The position numbers and the translations under genes are program-made. Under the pieces are notes generated by a model. It was not told the DNA's origin and did no database searches. It saw only the letters and a list, made by a program, of their open reading frames with translations. Shown here one piece after another: positions 1-11,814 of a DNA stretch of 55,252 nt; the stretch's first letter is position 1; the number at the start of each line of letters is the position of its first letter. Source of the stretch: Perkinsus olseni (lineage: Eukaryota); the NCBI GenBank assembly GCA_013115125.1, contig JABANN010000186.1:1-55252 (forward strand), given 5' to 3'.

Positions 1-333
1 TCCTCGGACTCGGGGCCTGGTAAATTTCCCTCGGACTCGGAACCCGGAAACGAAAAGCACTTGAATAGGCCCCAGGCCAGCCCCAAGACATTCTCGGCTC
101 TGGCGAACACGGATAGGGTTCATAGTGCATTCAGAAATCTGCAGCTTAACAACTGCAGGTGGAGTCCAAAGCGACCTCGCACAAAGCCTCAGATACGTCT
201 CAGAGAAGGCGTCTCTCAGGGGCGAGACGAGACGCTCACCGCGGTTACCCTCGGCCGAAGTCTCCTGAATTTACCTCTCTAGCCTTAGACCTTGGTATGG
301 TAGACGCATCTCAGTTTCTGTTCATTCGACACC

Positions 334-684
334 ATGAAACTCCTCTCCTTCGCTTCGCTTGTAGCCGCATCAAGCTCTACGGAGATTTATGACAGCAAGA
401 CTATCCTGTCTATCACCTCCAGTGGTGCTTTTGTCGACGTCCAGGACCTCCCGCAGCGTCTAGAAGCCGCCAAGCTCGCGTCCAACCCAGCTATGGCGGC
501 CTTTCTCAAGACGGCAAAAATCAAGACACTGAAGTACTCGGGCTTGCAAGTGGTCGCTACTGCCGACGACACGGTGAGCTCCGCCGATCTCTGCGACTAC
601 CTGAAGGACGCAGCCTCCAAGCTACCCGATCTTGAGTATGAATGCTCCCCTAACTTCGCCACCAAGGAAGAGAGCATGCACTAG
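334..684 (+). CDS. Small putative secreted hypothetical protein (116 aa)
   Basis: Intronless ATG-TAG ORF with signal-peptide-like start MKLLSFASLVAASSS, C/G-ending codons and two Cys near the C-terminus. No family recognised. Confidence 0.6.
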   Translation: MKLLSFASLVAASSSTEIYDSKTILSITSSGAFVDVQDLPQRLEAAKLASNPAMAAFLKTAKIKTLKYSGLQVVATADDTVSSADLCDYLKDAASKLPDLEYECSPNFATKEESMH

Positions 685-1141
685 GTTGCCTACAGACTAG
701 CACATACCAGCCTATATACTGGGCTTTATACTCAGCTTAAGCCCAGAATTATTGGATTTTTATTTTCCTTCCTGGCTCGTCTCAATCTTATATCATCGCT
801 CAACCTTGCCGCCATTAATACACACAATCCAGTAGCCAGGATATCCAGCAAGCCCGTTGTCGCGTTCACTAGTTCATCATTAGCTAAAGTCGTAGACTTC
901 GCCGCGGGTGAAGCATCATCGAGAGGATTCTATCAGGGCCCTTTGTGCCGCCAGGAGGCGACATAGCACACAACTAGCATCTCATAGCTGGTAGTGCCAC
1001 TTCGAGCATATTTTCTGTAGCCTTCAATGTGTGACTAAGATGGCCTCGGAGAGAAGTCGTCGTAGCACCTAAGGTAACTGACAGTATCCAGTGGGCCGCA
1101 AGGTGCCAAGTTATTAAGTTATCCGCAAGGTGTTCCGTGAG

Positions 1142-1165
1142 GGGCCTTTCTTGTGAAATAGGCCC
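1142..1165. mobile_element. Minimal relic made of the two fused ends of the Harbinger-like MITE
   Basis: GGGCCTTTC-TTGTGAAATAGGCCC followed by CAG. It matches the left end (GGGCCTATTTC) and right end (TGTGAAATAGGCCC) of the MITE at 53925-54805. Confidence 0.5.
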
Positions 1166-1289
1166 CAGGACTGCACTGCCACTATGCTGCAAGGAAGTCT
1201 GAAGTGTAGCTCAAAGTACTGTACAGGGATTCAAGTTGACGACACGCACCGATATTAAGTACAGTAGGTTGAATCATTCAACCTACTTA

Positions 1290-1895
1290 ATGTCGATGCG
1301 TATCGTCTGCATCTTTACGTCTATTGTGGTCGTGGTTGCACAGTCGATTACTACCGAGCCCGCCAGTACGGCCGCTCCGACTAAAACCGCTGCTACTGGA
1401 ACGCCTCCCCAGCTGGTTACGACGACCTCCACAACCTCTACTGCAGCCACTGCAGCGTCAGCCACCGTTAGCACAACTACCACGCTCATAGTAGATTATC
1501 GTTCATGCATGTATGAAGCGTCCTACGGTAAAATGAACCGGCTCGTTTGTTCAGTCTCAGTCACCACGCCCGGGTCATCACAACGACCCGACTCATTTGA
1601 GTTTCCTACCACTCTCGTAGTGATGAAACGAAAACCGAGCGGCTCCAAGCAGCGCTTGCTCTTCTTTGGCTGGGGTGCGGCTGCGGCAGAAGCTTTACTT
1701 GCCGTCAACGCCCTGGCGCCCATGAGTGAAAGCGATTCAGCGCGAAGATCTGTTGTCCCTTCCGATGGTGGGGATATTAAGTTCGAATGCTTAGTGATCA
1801 CTCATGAGAAACAGAGCGATGATGTTGATTTAAGAGAGCTGTCCCGCGAGCTCGGATTACAATGTAACGCTGAGGATACGTTCTTGCATTATTGA
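1290..1895 (+). CDS. Putative secreted protein with Thr/Ala-rich (mucin-like) N-terminal stalk
   Basis: MSMRIVCIFTSIVVVVAQS signal-like segment, then a T/A/S-rich tract, then a globular-looking part with several Cys. Confidence 0.55.
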   Translation: MSMRIVCIFTSIVVVVAQSITTEPASTAAPTKTAATGTPPQLVTTTSTTSTAATAASATVSTTTTLIVDYRSCMYEASYGKMNRLVCSVSVTTPGSSQRPDSFEFPTTLVVMKRKPSGSKQRLLFFGWGAAAAEALLAVNALAPMSESDSARRSVVPSDGGDIKFECLVITHEKQSDDVDLRELSRELGLQCNAEDTFLHY

Positions 1896-2340
1896 AGCAC
1901 ACAGCCATGGTAGGTTTGACCGTAGGAGATGAGAATCACGACGATATACTATTGGCGAGGGCCGAGGAATTCCAGCCGGATCTCGTGCTGTGCGCCAGCT
2001 ACCGGAAGCGTGTACCGCGAGAAGTTCTCCACGTAAGGCGAGACTGTTGATGCATATGTTACCAGGCTGTTGTTTTTTTGCGAGCGTAGTCCTTAGTGTG
2101 GGTTGTAGAGCTCGGCATTTGGGAATTGCCGCACGGGAAAATGCTGTCCCATGGTTTTTGCTGATTTGTACCAGCGAAATCCCGCAATTGACCAGATTAC
2201 TATTTTTACCGGGCTTTAGTGCTAACACTTCGGTTCGGAGTCTAAATAAGCCGGCGACGGCGTTGGGCATTGAACTGTCACACGGCGAATTTTCGCTGCA
2301 GGGTGTTAAGGATTGTCACGCGACTTGAGCGTCGCCCTAA

Positions 2341-2890
2341 CTATGTACAGCCGCGTGGACTCCGGGTGAGCTCCACTCGCGACATCAGCCGTACTCAGTT
2401 GTGCCCGGGGAAGTGCGTGAACCTCCACCCATCGTTACTCCCAAAGCACCGTGGTTGCTTCAGCAGCTTCCACGTTATCATGGAAGGCGATTCTCACACT
2501 GGAGTTACTTGCCATCACATGCGGTGACACTCGCCTGGTCGGCATTCGCGAATCGCTTGTTCTCAGAGAGCGATATGACTCGGGGAACATCATCCATCAG
2601 GAGATGATTGAGGTCTTGCCACACGACACTTCGAAGAGCCTTTATCAAAGGCTCCTTCCAGTAACAAGATTGTGTGTTGACAGGGTTCTTCGGAGGTAAC
2701 ATGGATGCATTTCTGATTGAAAAAGCGCAAAAACGTGGGCTCATCGAGAGATACATCGCGGATGGGCTATCATTCCCTGATGGGGATCCCCAAGATGAAC
2801 CCCACAGCAGTTACCATGCCAGACGGTTGCCATACGCAGGAGTGGCTCAACCCCACTGGAGCGAAGACACGGTTGAGCGATTCATCAGGT
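2341..2890 (+). CDS. Formyltransferase (Formyl_trans_N family), multi-exon, apparently lacking the N-terminus (fragment or pseudogene possible)
   Basis: Spliced motifs CVNLHPSLLPKHRG, TGVTCHHM, ERYDSGNIIHQE and SYHARRLPYAG..W..DTVERFIR, separated by short GT..AG introns. No convincing upstream exons seen. Confidence 0.75.
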
Positions 2891-5052
2891 GGGTCGCTCT
2901 TCCGCGGCTGATACAACTCATCTAGGGTGAACTAGATTTGTCCCTTCTCGTCGCTCTAGCGTCAGTGTCGTATAGAAGTGTGTTTCTTTGGCCTTCAGGG
3001 ATTGTAGTTGCGCTAGCTGCTATTCAGAGTCCCAGAGCTTGACAAGAGCACGCGTGTTTGTGGTCGACTCTGTGACGTTCTTAGACACGTTGCCAATTGC
3101 CAGCGCGGTGCTCTTCTCCCGCCCTGTTATTGTCTTCTCTTCAGAGCGATGCAATTCCCACCTCTCGAGGGCGCCAAGTTCCACCTGCCCGACAACAGAG
3201 TTATTGTCTGCGATACTTGGCAAGACTTCCTCCGAATCAAACACCTGTGGCGACTCCCGTCACCCGTCTCGCGCGAAGCAGCGAACTAGCTCGTTTTTCC
3301 CTCATCAATGCTCTACGTTGTGTTGATGAACACCACTGCGTGCGAATGAGTTTATAGTTGAACGAGGGTACTGGCTCATTAGACCTTCACCGATAAACTC
3401 AGCTCATCCCCGCTTCATGGTGTGTTGCTAGAGCTCCCACGGTGGGAGTCCTATCAAAGAGGGAATTCAACACAACATGAGGTGTTGGAAGGATACCAGT
3501 TCTTCACCTTGTGTCTGCGTGCTAGTGTACAGGGGTAGAATATTAGCAGTGTTGTTACCAGGGATCGAACCCGGGCCCATCGATAGCCTCACAGCGAAGC
3601 GGAGCGCCACGCCAGTCGGAAATCTTCGCTGTAGCCGCCAGTCTTTGCCATGGCAAGCCCGGGGATCGACACCAACTCTACTACTGCCGTTAGCTCGAAT
3701 GAAGAGCAACAAGAAGGCTCTTTCTCTCCATCAACTGCCAGCTGCGAGCTGAGGGTAGGTTGAGCACGGATCTTCGGCGCCTGGAAGTCAGCAGAATGTC
3801 GTGCAGTTAACGTCGCTCTTCGGCAGTTGATGACCTCCAGGGGACTCTCTCGTTTTCGCAGGGAATCTTAGGTCGAAGGAGGGGGTTTACGAGATTGTCG
3901 TGAGTCCTGATTTTTCTCGGCTAGGGCTCGTCATTCCCGCAAGGCCGATGCTGCTTTTGTGTCTTTGCTTCACGCTATGAAGATCATCCATGAAATGATC
4001 ATTTTTTATTGCTTTTCTCGCCAAATTGCAGCTCGCATAATATGCGTGACTCTCCGATCTATGATAGCGGCTCTTCCTCGTTTCTTATCGTTAACAGGCC
4101 ACCCTGCGTGTTTTCGAATCAGTAGATTTTTCTCTTTTTATCTTAGTCAATCTTAGTCGACGTTCGGCCGACTAGCAAGTTAGTTTAACCGGTCTCTGGT
4201 GGAAGAACATTCCCGCTTAAACGCGAGACCTTCCCTGAGCTACTGAGCGATCAAAATTATCTACATAATGGGTGATTGGACGATTCACAGTATAGTAGTT
4301 ACCTGTATTGTCGACGGCAATTTGCCGTGCAGGCCATCGTCTTCCTTCGAACTGATTGGCGTGGCTTATTGTACCGAGTACTGCTTTATGTATAAAGGAA
4401 CGTCTCAATCGACTGACATGACCTAGAGAAAGATAGTTGGCTTCCTCAGATACAGAAGTTGGAAGAAGAGCTCTGCAATCTACGCCGCCGGTTGGTCTCG
4501 CAGGAGTTGGTCATCCAGGAGCTCTGCGGAATCGGGGTTCAGTGGAAGCGAGTCCAACCGAGCGACGAGGCCCGGGAAGAGGTAATATAGTTTTGTTGAT
4601 GCATGGTAGTGTTCTACACGTGGAAGCCTATGTTTTTTGGTGGAAAGATTTTGCTTCTCATTTTAGGTTGATTCCGTACCCTCCCCTCGAGTGGTTAGGA
4701 GTGCGGTTGTGGCGATAGCGGAAGAGTTAGCAGCTAAAAGAAAGGTTGGATTGCGGGACTGAATAAGTGCTCATAAACGGTTTATTGTCATAGTGAGCGA
4801 TGGAATTTTGGTTCCGAGATTCACTCAGTTCAAGTCGGTCATTCGAGACGGGAAGTTTTGCGTCATTTTGTCATAATTGAGCAAGTAAAAAGTAGAAAAG
4901 TTTTTTGACGACACAGAACTTTTAAAATCGGTCTGTGCCGTTTATGGTTGATAGTTGCGCTTATCTTATGGAGGTGTGCCATCCCTCATTTTGTCGTTCT
5001 TCTCTTGATTATTTTCATTACTCTTCTCCTGTTTTATTGATTCATTATTCCG

Positions 5053-6391
5053 ATGGTCCTCTCCGATGGTAACTTAACAATCATCGCCGAACTCTCCTGT
5101 CTTTTTCTTTAGCGATCTAAATACGTCGTCTATGCCTCCCTCGGTGTGGCGGCGGTACTTAGCGGAGTCATCGCCCGGGTAATAATTTCATTGTTGCAGC
5201 CTCTTTGCATCTTGCTCGCTTCGACCTTAGATACTCTACACTCAATGGCAATACTCATCACGTCTCGAGCATCTCTACGACGCTCTCGTGGCTGAAGGAG
5301 CTGCTCTACCCCCGCTAGAGGAGTTGACTCCGAGGTGACAAAAATCAGTAGCCCTATCGAATGCGGAAAGTGACCTTCGCTTTATCGTCTGGTTCCTGAA
5401 GTAGTCAACACTCGCTGCCATTAGCGTGTAGTATTACGTTCTTTGCTTGAGCAATTACCGCTAGAGGAAGTGATTCCGGGGTGATATAAGTCAACGCCCT
5501 AACGAAATGCTTTTTCGTCTGTGGTGCCTGTAGTAGCCAGCACTCATTGTGTGTGAGTTGTTTGTAATATTGCATGTGCGGTTGAGCAATGATCGGGTAG
5601 TAGATGTATTATATCAATAGGTAAGATACTGTGGTAGCTCAGACTGAAGAATTCTAGATCTATGTCGTTCTATGGTCTTGATTCGTGATTACACTGTTTT
5701 TTGTGATCGGTCGGTGACAGTTTTTTTTTTCACAGCTCGATGAGAAGTTCTGTACGTACGATCTTCCATGCGAAAGAATGGGACGCTTCAGCTAGTGCGT
5801 TCTGTATAGTGTGACGGTATTGGGAGGTTTTCGCACCCACATGTGCTTGTCGTAGACAGTCATGCTCGTTTAGCAATGCGGCTCCTGGGATTTGAACCGG
5901 GGCCATCTGCTCTTTTTCTCAGCTCGATATTCCCCGCTTCGCCAGTCCTGTCGGCCAACGATGCGGCCACGGCCCCAGTGTGGATCCTCTTCGCAGCTGT
6001 CCGATGGATGTCCTAAAAGCTGCACCTCTCGCACCCTTAAAGATACTCTCAGGTTGAATCAAGTTTTCTTGGCCGCGGCATCGGTGGTTGACCGTCTGCT
6101 CAGAACGATTGTTTGGATTCTTGTTGCTGTTGCCGTCGGTTATGGCGTTCTGAGGTAATTTCGTGGCGCGCGACAGTGACTGCAGTATCCACACTACCCG
6201 AATCTTTGAGCGATTCCCTGCAACAGTGTCTGTTCAGGCGTATGAAACCGGACTCGGAAGAAGACGTCACCGAGTCTGAGGGGACCGCCGAGGTCTCCCC
6301 ATCGGAATCAACAACAGTGAGCGGGTTCACCTTAACTTCGGACCCATACCGGAGAGTTCGACGGTCGCCCTCTGACGACTCACTTTGTTGA
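5053..6391 (+). CDS. Possible small multi-exon membrane protein(s)
   Basis: Hydrophobic exon-like segments (YVVYASLGVAAVLSGVIAR; RLLRTIVWILVAVAVGYGVLR|gtaat) and an acidic final exon (MKPDSEEDVTESEG...). Gene structure is uncertain. Confidence 0.3.
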
Positions 6392-7330
6392 AATGGGATT
6401 TCAATCATTGGGTTGCACGCATCTTAGCTTACTTCATGGTTGTATTAAATTTCTAGAGTGCATCTAGAAGTTCAGTCTAGCGTCTAGAATCGTCCAGGTC
6501 TCAATCTAGGCTTGATTCTACTGGTCACGCGTATACTATACGCCGTATAGGAAGCGGGCTTGAAATTCTCTCGATTGATTCCCTCGTTTTCTTAGGCCAC
6601 ATCCGAGAGGTCGACAAAGAGGGAAGAATTAGAGCTGAAGGTATCAGAGTTTTCGAGACGCCGCTCGGTCGAGGAAAGAAGCTCGGCGACGCTGCAGCGG
6701 CGACTGACAGATCCCTCCTGTAGTACGTTTGGGAATTCGACAAATTATGGTGATGGGCTTGAGGAGGTTGCGGTCCGACCAGCTGATGTTGATGGGAGGG
6801 TGCAGCGGCGGTACACTGATCCATCGAGAATTCAACAGGCTAACCGGGAGGCAGCGTTGAGGAATGTCGAGGTTGAGCAAGAGGAGCAAGATGCTCGTCG
6901 GCGGCGTGCAGCCATGCGGTATCCTTTTGGTTGGCAACCGGCAGCATTTAGGCTGCAGGGATGCCCATGGTACGGCCAAGGAGCTTACTGAGATGACCTT
7001 GATGAGGTTTGAACCCGGGTCGTTATCATGAAAGATAGCGGAGACCGCTCGCTCCGCCTCGAGGCTAGCGTAGCTGAGAGTTCCGTGAAGCATGCCGGCT
7101 TCGACTAGTGTCCAGAGGAAAATCCGAGCTCATCGTCCCTCATGATGGAGGCGACTTCCCCCATCTGGACCCGCCGTGATTTCTCCGTTCGTAGCATACT
7201 CCCCTGCACTTTCTATGCATCTTGAGAGTTTTGGGTTATGGTTGGTATGATCAGAGATGTGTGTTTTCTGACACCTCTAGCTATCGTTTGTCTCTAGATA
7301 GATAATTATTCCTGGTGGTAAAAATCCCTC

Positions 7331-9063
7331 ATGTCCTATTACACCCTCCACATCTTCGTCCCGTGCTGCTGCGCTATCATATGTGTAATTACCCCATGCA
7401 ATCGATCGATTGGTCGTCGACATGCTTGCTCGTTTCAGATGATAAGATTCTCCCTTAGCGGAGCTTACCATAGGGCGTTCGCTGGCGTGCCGTGTTTGAT
7501 CGATAAGATTATTCCTAAAGACTTGTCGCCGAAGACAATGCGAAAACTGAAGGAGAACATGTGGTAAGTTACGAAAGATGATGAGGGGAATCCTCGCGAT
7601 TAGAGTGAAGTGTGGTTCTAACAGGGTGAAGGTGGGGGAGGCCATCCGATCATGAGGTATGCCGTTCTGCGTCAGCCTGCGAACGGAGGCTGGCTCGGTT
7701 GAACAGCTATCTTAGTACTTGGGTGCAACGATGATCGTTGAACGATCTGTTGCTGGCGTGAATTACACGAACCCTTTGTATTCGCTCGGAAGGTGATCCA
7801 ATCGGGATGTAGAACCACTGGGCACGCCCGTTTCGCGTATGGGACAGAGTGCTACCAGTGTCATGTTCGAACGATGAGGGGGTCCTTCCAAGTAGATCTG
7901 CTTTTCGAAATCAAAATCATTTCTTCATCAATCACCGTCTTCTAGTCCCCAGTGTAACTCTGATTCTCGGGTCGAAAATGCTGCTCATATATTGCATGTT
8001 CTTAAGGGAAGCTGATCAATCTTTATCGGCTATGAGTCCTTTCCCCTCCATCCCAAGGTACTCTTGTTGGCATTCATTCACCAGCTGCTACGGTTTCTAC
8101 GTCCTCATGCACGAGCAATGGTTCAGCCTTAGCAGACTGCGCAGCGACCCCGTCGGGATGCTCTTCGGTGACCCCGATATTCACGACCGTTCTGTTGGGG
8201 TAGTATGAACGGCTCCCTCTTCGCAACATCAGTTTTTTCAAATCAGCTCGAACGCTACTACTTGGTGGAGATCAGCTTCTGGTGCAGCTGTCTCGCGTTC
8301 ATCGTAAGTTCACTGCGAGACGCTTCGCTCCGCCGTTATTGGAGTTTTCAGATGATCGAGACCATTCGCAAGGACTTCTACCAGATGGTTTTCCACCACA
8401 TCATAACCATCAGCCTGATGGTCGGCAGCTTCTGTAAGTGTCGTCAATGCTGGTAATAATGAAACAGCAATCTCCTTCAGACCTTGGCTACCATCGTATC
8501 GGTCTCACCGTCATTTTCCTTCACAACATCAGTGACGTGCCCCTCTACGTCGCCAAAACCCTCGGTTACCTTGCCGAAAAATTCGACTGTAAGATCTCCT
8601 CCTAGTCGACCGTGTTGCTTAGCTAATTGTTGGTAGGGTTGAAGACTCCGACAGACATCGCCTTCGCCAACTTCGCTTTCGGCTTCCTCTTCTCGAGGCT
8701 GTATGTTTACCCGAAGTGCTGTGTCATCCCTGCTTGCACCTTCGGTACTGTAAAAGTCGATTTTCCTTCTGATAATGGTATTGTTATTTCCTCAGCAATC
8801 GAGTATAAGCGTCCTATGAGGGACTGCATGCTGGTCATTTTCCTAGTGTTGCTACAGTGTCTCCACTTGATGTGGGCCAAGATGATTATCAAGATGATTT
8901 TCAAGACAATCAAACACCGCGGTGTCCTCGCGGTAACTCCGCCTGGTTCTCGTTGAATAGGGAAAATCGTTCATTTTAGGACGGTGATATCCGCAGCGAT
9001 GATGAGGGAGAGAGCACGCCAGCAAGCGAGAAGCCGATCGCTCACAAGAGGAAAGTACAGTAA
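7331..9063 (+). CDS. Ceramide synthase (LAG1/LASS, TLC domain), multi-exon
   Basis: Lag1p motif RKDFYQMVFHHIIT...GYHRIGLTVIFLHNISDVPLYVAKTL, FLFSRLYVYP, LQCLHLMW, C-terminal DIRSDDE and a terminal KRKVQ (KxKxx ER-retrieval-like). Confidence 0.9.
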
Positions 9064-10008
9064 AACGAGACTGTTGTAAAATAGATGAGTTGCGTCGGTT
9101 CGCGCGCTCTCCGTGAGAGGGAAATGTCATTGTGATAATGACCGCCCGAGTAAATACACAAGAGATTATTTTGCACGTCGACCGTGGTGCCAACGGTAAT
9201 TGTTTTAGCCAGCTTCCACTACTGTTTGATGCTGTTGGGTTTCTAAAGTCCGGGGTGAGTAACGGCCAATCAATACGAGGAGCGAGTTTATGGGCGAACA
9301 ATATTGGAAGCACGCAATGAACTACTAATGAATGGAGAGATATACACCGGCAGCCGTTAGATTTTGCACGACTGAACAAGATGAATGTCGGAACAATTGG
9401 ATCAAAAAAACATAAAGAGATCAAAGCAACCACTGCTGCAGTGATTCGCGCGGCACTTCTACTCGTGCCGTGGCTACGAGTACTTGGCTCAAGCGTGTTT
9501 ACTAGATGTGCTCGTCCGTTCACTGGTGACTTCCGCCGAGTGCATCGACGCACCGATATGTGAAGGACGTCGTACCTACAGCATCATATTTGGAGCTTCC
9601 TTCGCTGCAATGCTACAGACTATTTACTAAACTACTGACTAGTAAAATACGCTTTGAAATACGTATTATAGTAGTATACGTAAGTATACTACGGTAAGTA
9701 TTCGAATAGTAGAATAACGCTTACACAAATAGAGCGATGAGACTAGTTGCTAACATGTGAGATTCTCGTAAGGTCGCCTCTACAATACTCACTCATACAA
9801 ACGTTCTATCACCCGAACCAGAATGATCGGTCACACTTCACTTCAACGACCTACGACGCAGCAGATAAAAAATCTACTTCCACCCATACACAAACTAGAC
9901 AACACAACAAAGTTGATGAGATGAGAACGTGATTGCTTAGGGTATCCTTCCTCTCTGAACAATCGTGCACAGAAAGCGTTCTTTGGAACCCTTCACTCAA
10001 TTACAAAA

Positions 10009-10938
10009 CTAAGCCTGAGCAGTAGAAGCCGTAGTGGTAGCTGGCTGAGCCGTTGTGGTGGTGGTAGTCGTCGTAGTCGGCTGTACGCTAGTCGACGTCA
10101 CAACCTGAGGCTGGCCGTACTGGGGGAGCTGCACATTGTAAGTGCCAAAGGAAGGCACTCCAACGGAAGTACCGGGATAGCCACCAGCATACGAGTAGGT
10201 CACAGCAGGGGCAGCAGTAGAGTAGGTCGCAGGCTGACCAGTGGTAGTAGAGGGAGCAGACATCACGTACTGTACTGTCTGAGGGGGCACATAGGAGCCG
10301 GTCTGAGAAGTGACGTACTGAGGAATGTAGGAGGTGGTCTGAGCGGGGACGTAGGAGCTTGAGGGAGCGGCCTGTTGCTGCTTCTGCTGCTCAGCGGCCT
10401 GCTGTTGCTGGAGCTTGGCCATCTTCTCGGACATCTCCTTCTGAAGCTTCTGCTGTTGAGCTTGCATGCACAGCTGACTGGCGGTGGCCTCGATCTGCAT
10501 CCTCTGCTCCTGAGCTCGCTGCTCGATCTCCATGCGTCGCTGCTGGTGCTGCTGGTCCAAGGCGAACAAAGCCTGGGCTCGAGACTGCTCGATGGCGCTT
10601 GTGGTGGTCTGCAAGTCGTAGTTGGCCTTCATGTTGATCGACTGCTTAGCCTGCTCGTACTCATTCTTTGCCGAGTCCTTGGCCATACCAAGTTGGCTGT
10701 CGAGCATGGAGAGACTCTGAGTCTTCTGGTGCTTGATGCTCTCAGGATCCATGTACACCTGGGGGACGGCTTGCTGGCCTTCCGGAGGGACGTAGGAGGT
10801 GGGCTGACCAACAGTATAGCTCGCAACACCCTGTGCAGGGAGGGTAGTGTAAGTAACACCAGTCTGAGGGGCAACAGAGTAAGTGTTGACGGTCTGGGGC
10901 TGCTGGACGGCAGGAGCGGCAACGGCTTCAGCACTCAT
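10009..10938 (-). CDS. Intronless 309-aa protein: Q/T/Y/V/P-rich low-complexity ends around a central coiled coil
   Basis: Long ORF with strong codon bias, SYVPP/SYVPAQ/SYIPQ repeats and a Q/E/K/A-rich helical core. Confidence 0.8.
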   Translation of the reverse strand: MSAEAVAAPAVQQPQTVNTYSVAPQTGVTYTTLPAQGVASYTVGQPTSYVPPEGQQAVPQVYMDPESIKHQKTQSLSMLDSQLGMAKDSAKNEYEQAKQSINMKANYDLQTTTSAIEQSRAQALFALDQQHQQRRMEIEQRAQEQRMQIEATASQLCMQAQQQKLQKEMSEKMAKLQQQQAAEQQKQQQAAPSSSYVPAQTTSYIPQYVTSQTGSYVPPQTVQYVMSAPSTTTGQPATYSTAAPAVTYSYAGGYPGTSVGVPSFGTYNVQLPQYGQPQVVTSTSVQPTTTTTTTTTAQPATTTASTAQA

Positions 10939-11814
10939 GGAATAGATAGGTTAAAATGACGATGACTGAGACGTAGAAAATTGGCTCTGACTTCTCTGGT
11001 TCAGTACAAGTTCAAGTTCGTCTGTGCCGAACGAATCATGCGCTCAAGCAATCTCGCTCGCCCAGCCGTTTCAAGAAATTCCGAAACGAAGGATTTAGCG
11101 CGCGCCCATGACGGCGCAAGTTCGCTGCCGCGGAGCAAACGGGTGGTATGCGGTTACTTTGGGACGTTGACTTAGGCCTGAGCGCAGGAAGCTGTCTAGT
11201 GTCATGATCAGCATCAGGAGGAGCGGGATAAGACTTCTGTCTGCGGCCGCGGATGTGATATCAAGGAGACTTCTTCCACCCAATCCGGCAAGCAGAGGGG
11301 TCGGAAAAGCTACTTTACGCAGGACAAAATATTTCTGCGGACGTACCATTGACGCTCTTGGCGACTTCCCAAATTCCTCATTCCGCAGGGATATTTTTTC
11401 CAAAGGTTCGAATCGAAACGCACTTGTCAGCTGTCGGAATCCCCTGGGATGGCCATTACACGGGTTGGTGTTGCGTTATCGTCAGCCAATGGGCGAATAT
11501 AGGCTACAACGAGAACGCTGGAAAACCCCCATGCGTGCAACAGCTCAGCAGTATGGTCTGGCCCCTGCCGAAGGATGTGGGCAGTATCGCTTATTGAATA
11601 CTATTCACTAACACTATCATGAAATGCATCTTCAGTAGCGCGTCTTCGTTGATGCAGAAGTCGCTGCGAGCTTCCTGTGGATCCACAGTGTGTCTCCGGA
11701 ACATTCCTGTGTGTTCCGAGAGGTTAGTCCTCGGCATGACACATCCAAGGGTCCGAAACAAACACAAGCCAACGTCGTCAAGTTGAGAATCATATCCGTC
11801 TACAAGGAGCATGC

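Noticed and set aside
8852-9553. 233-aa minus-strand ORF
   Set aside because: It overlaps the ceramide synthase 3' end antisense and has no recognisable motifs.
10375-10959. 194-aa Leu-rich plus-strand ORF
   Set aside because: It is the antisense shadow of the codon-biased gene at 10009-10938.
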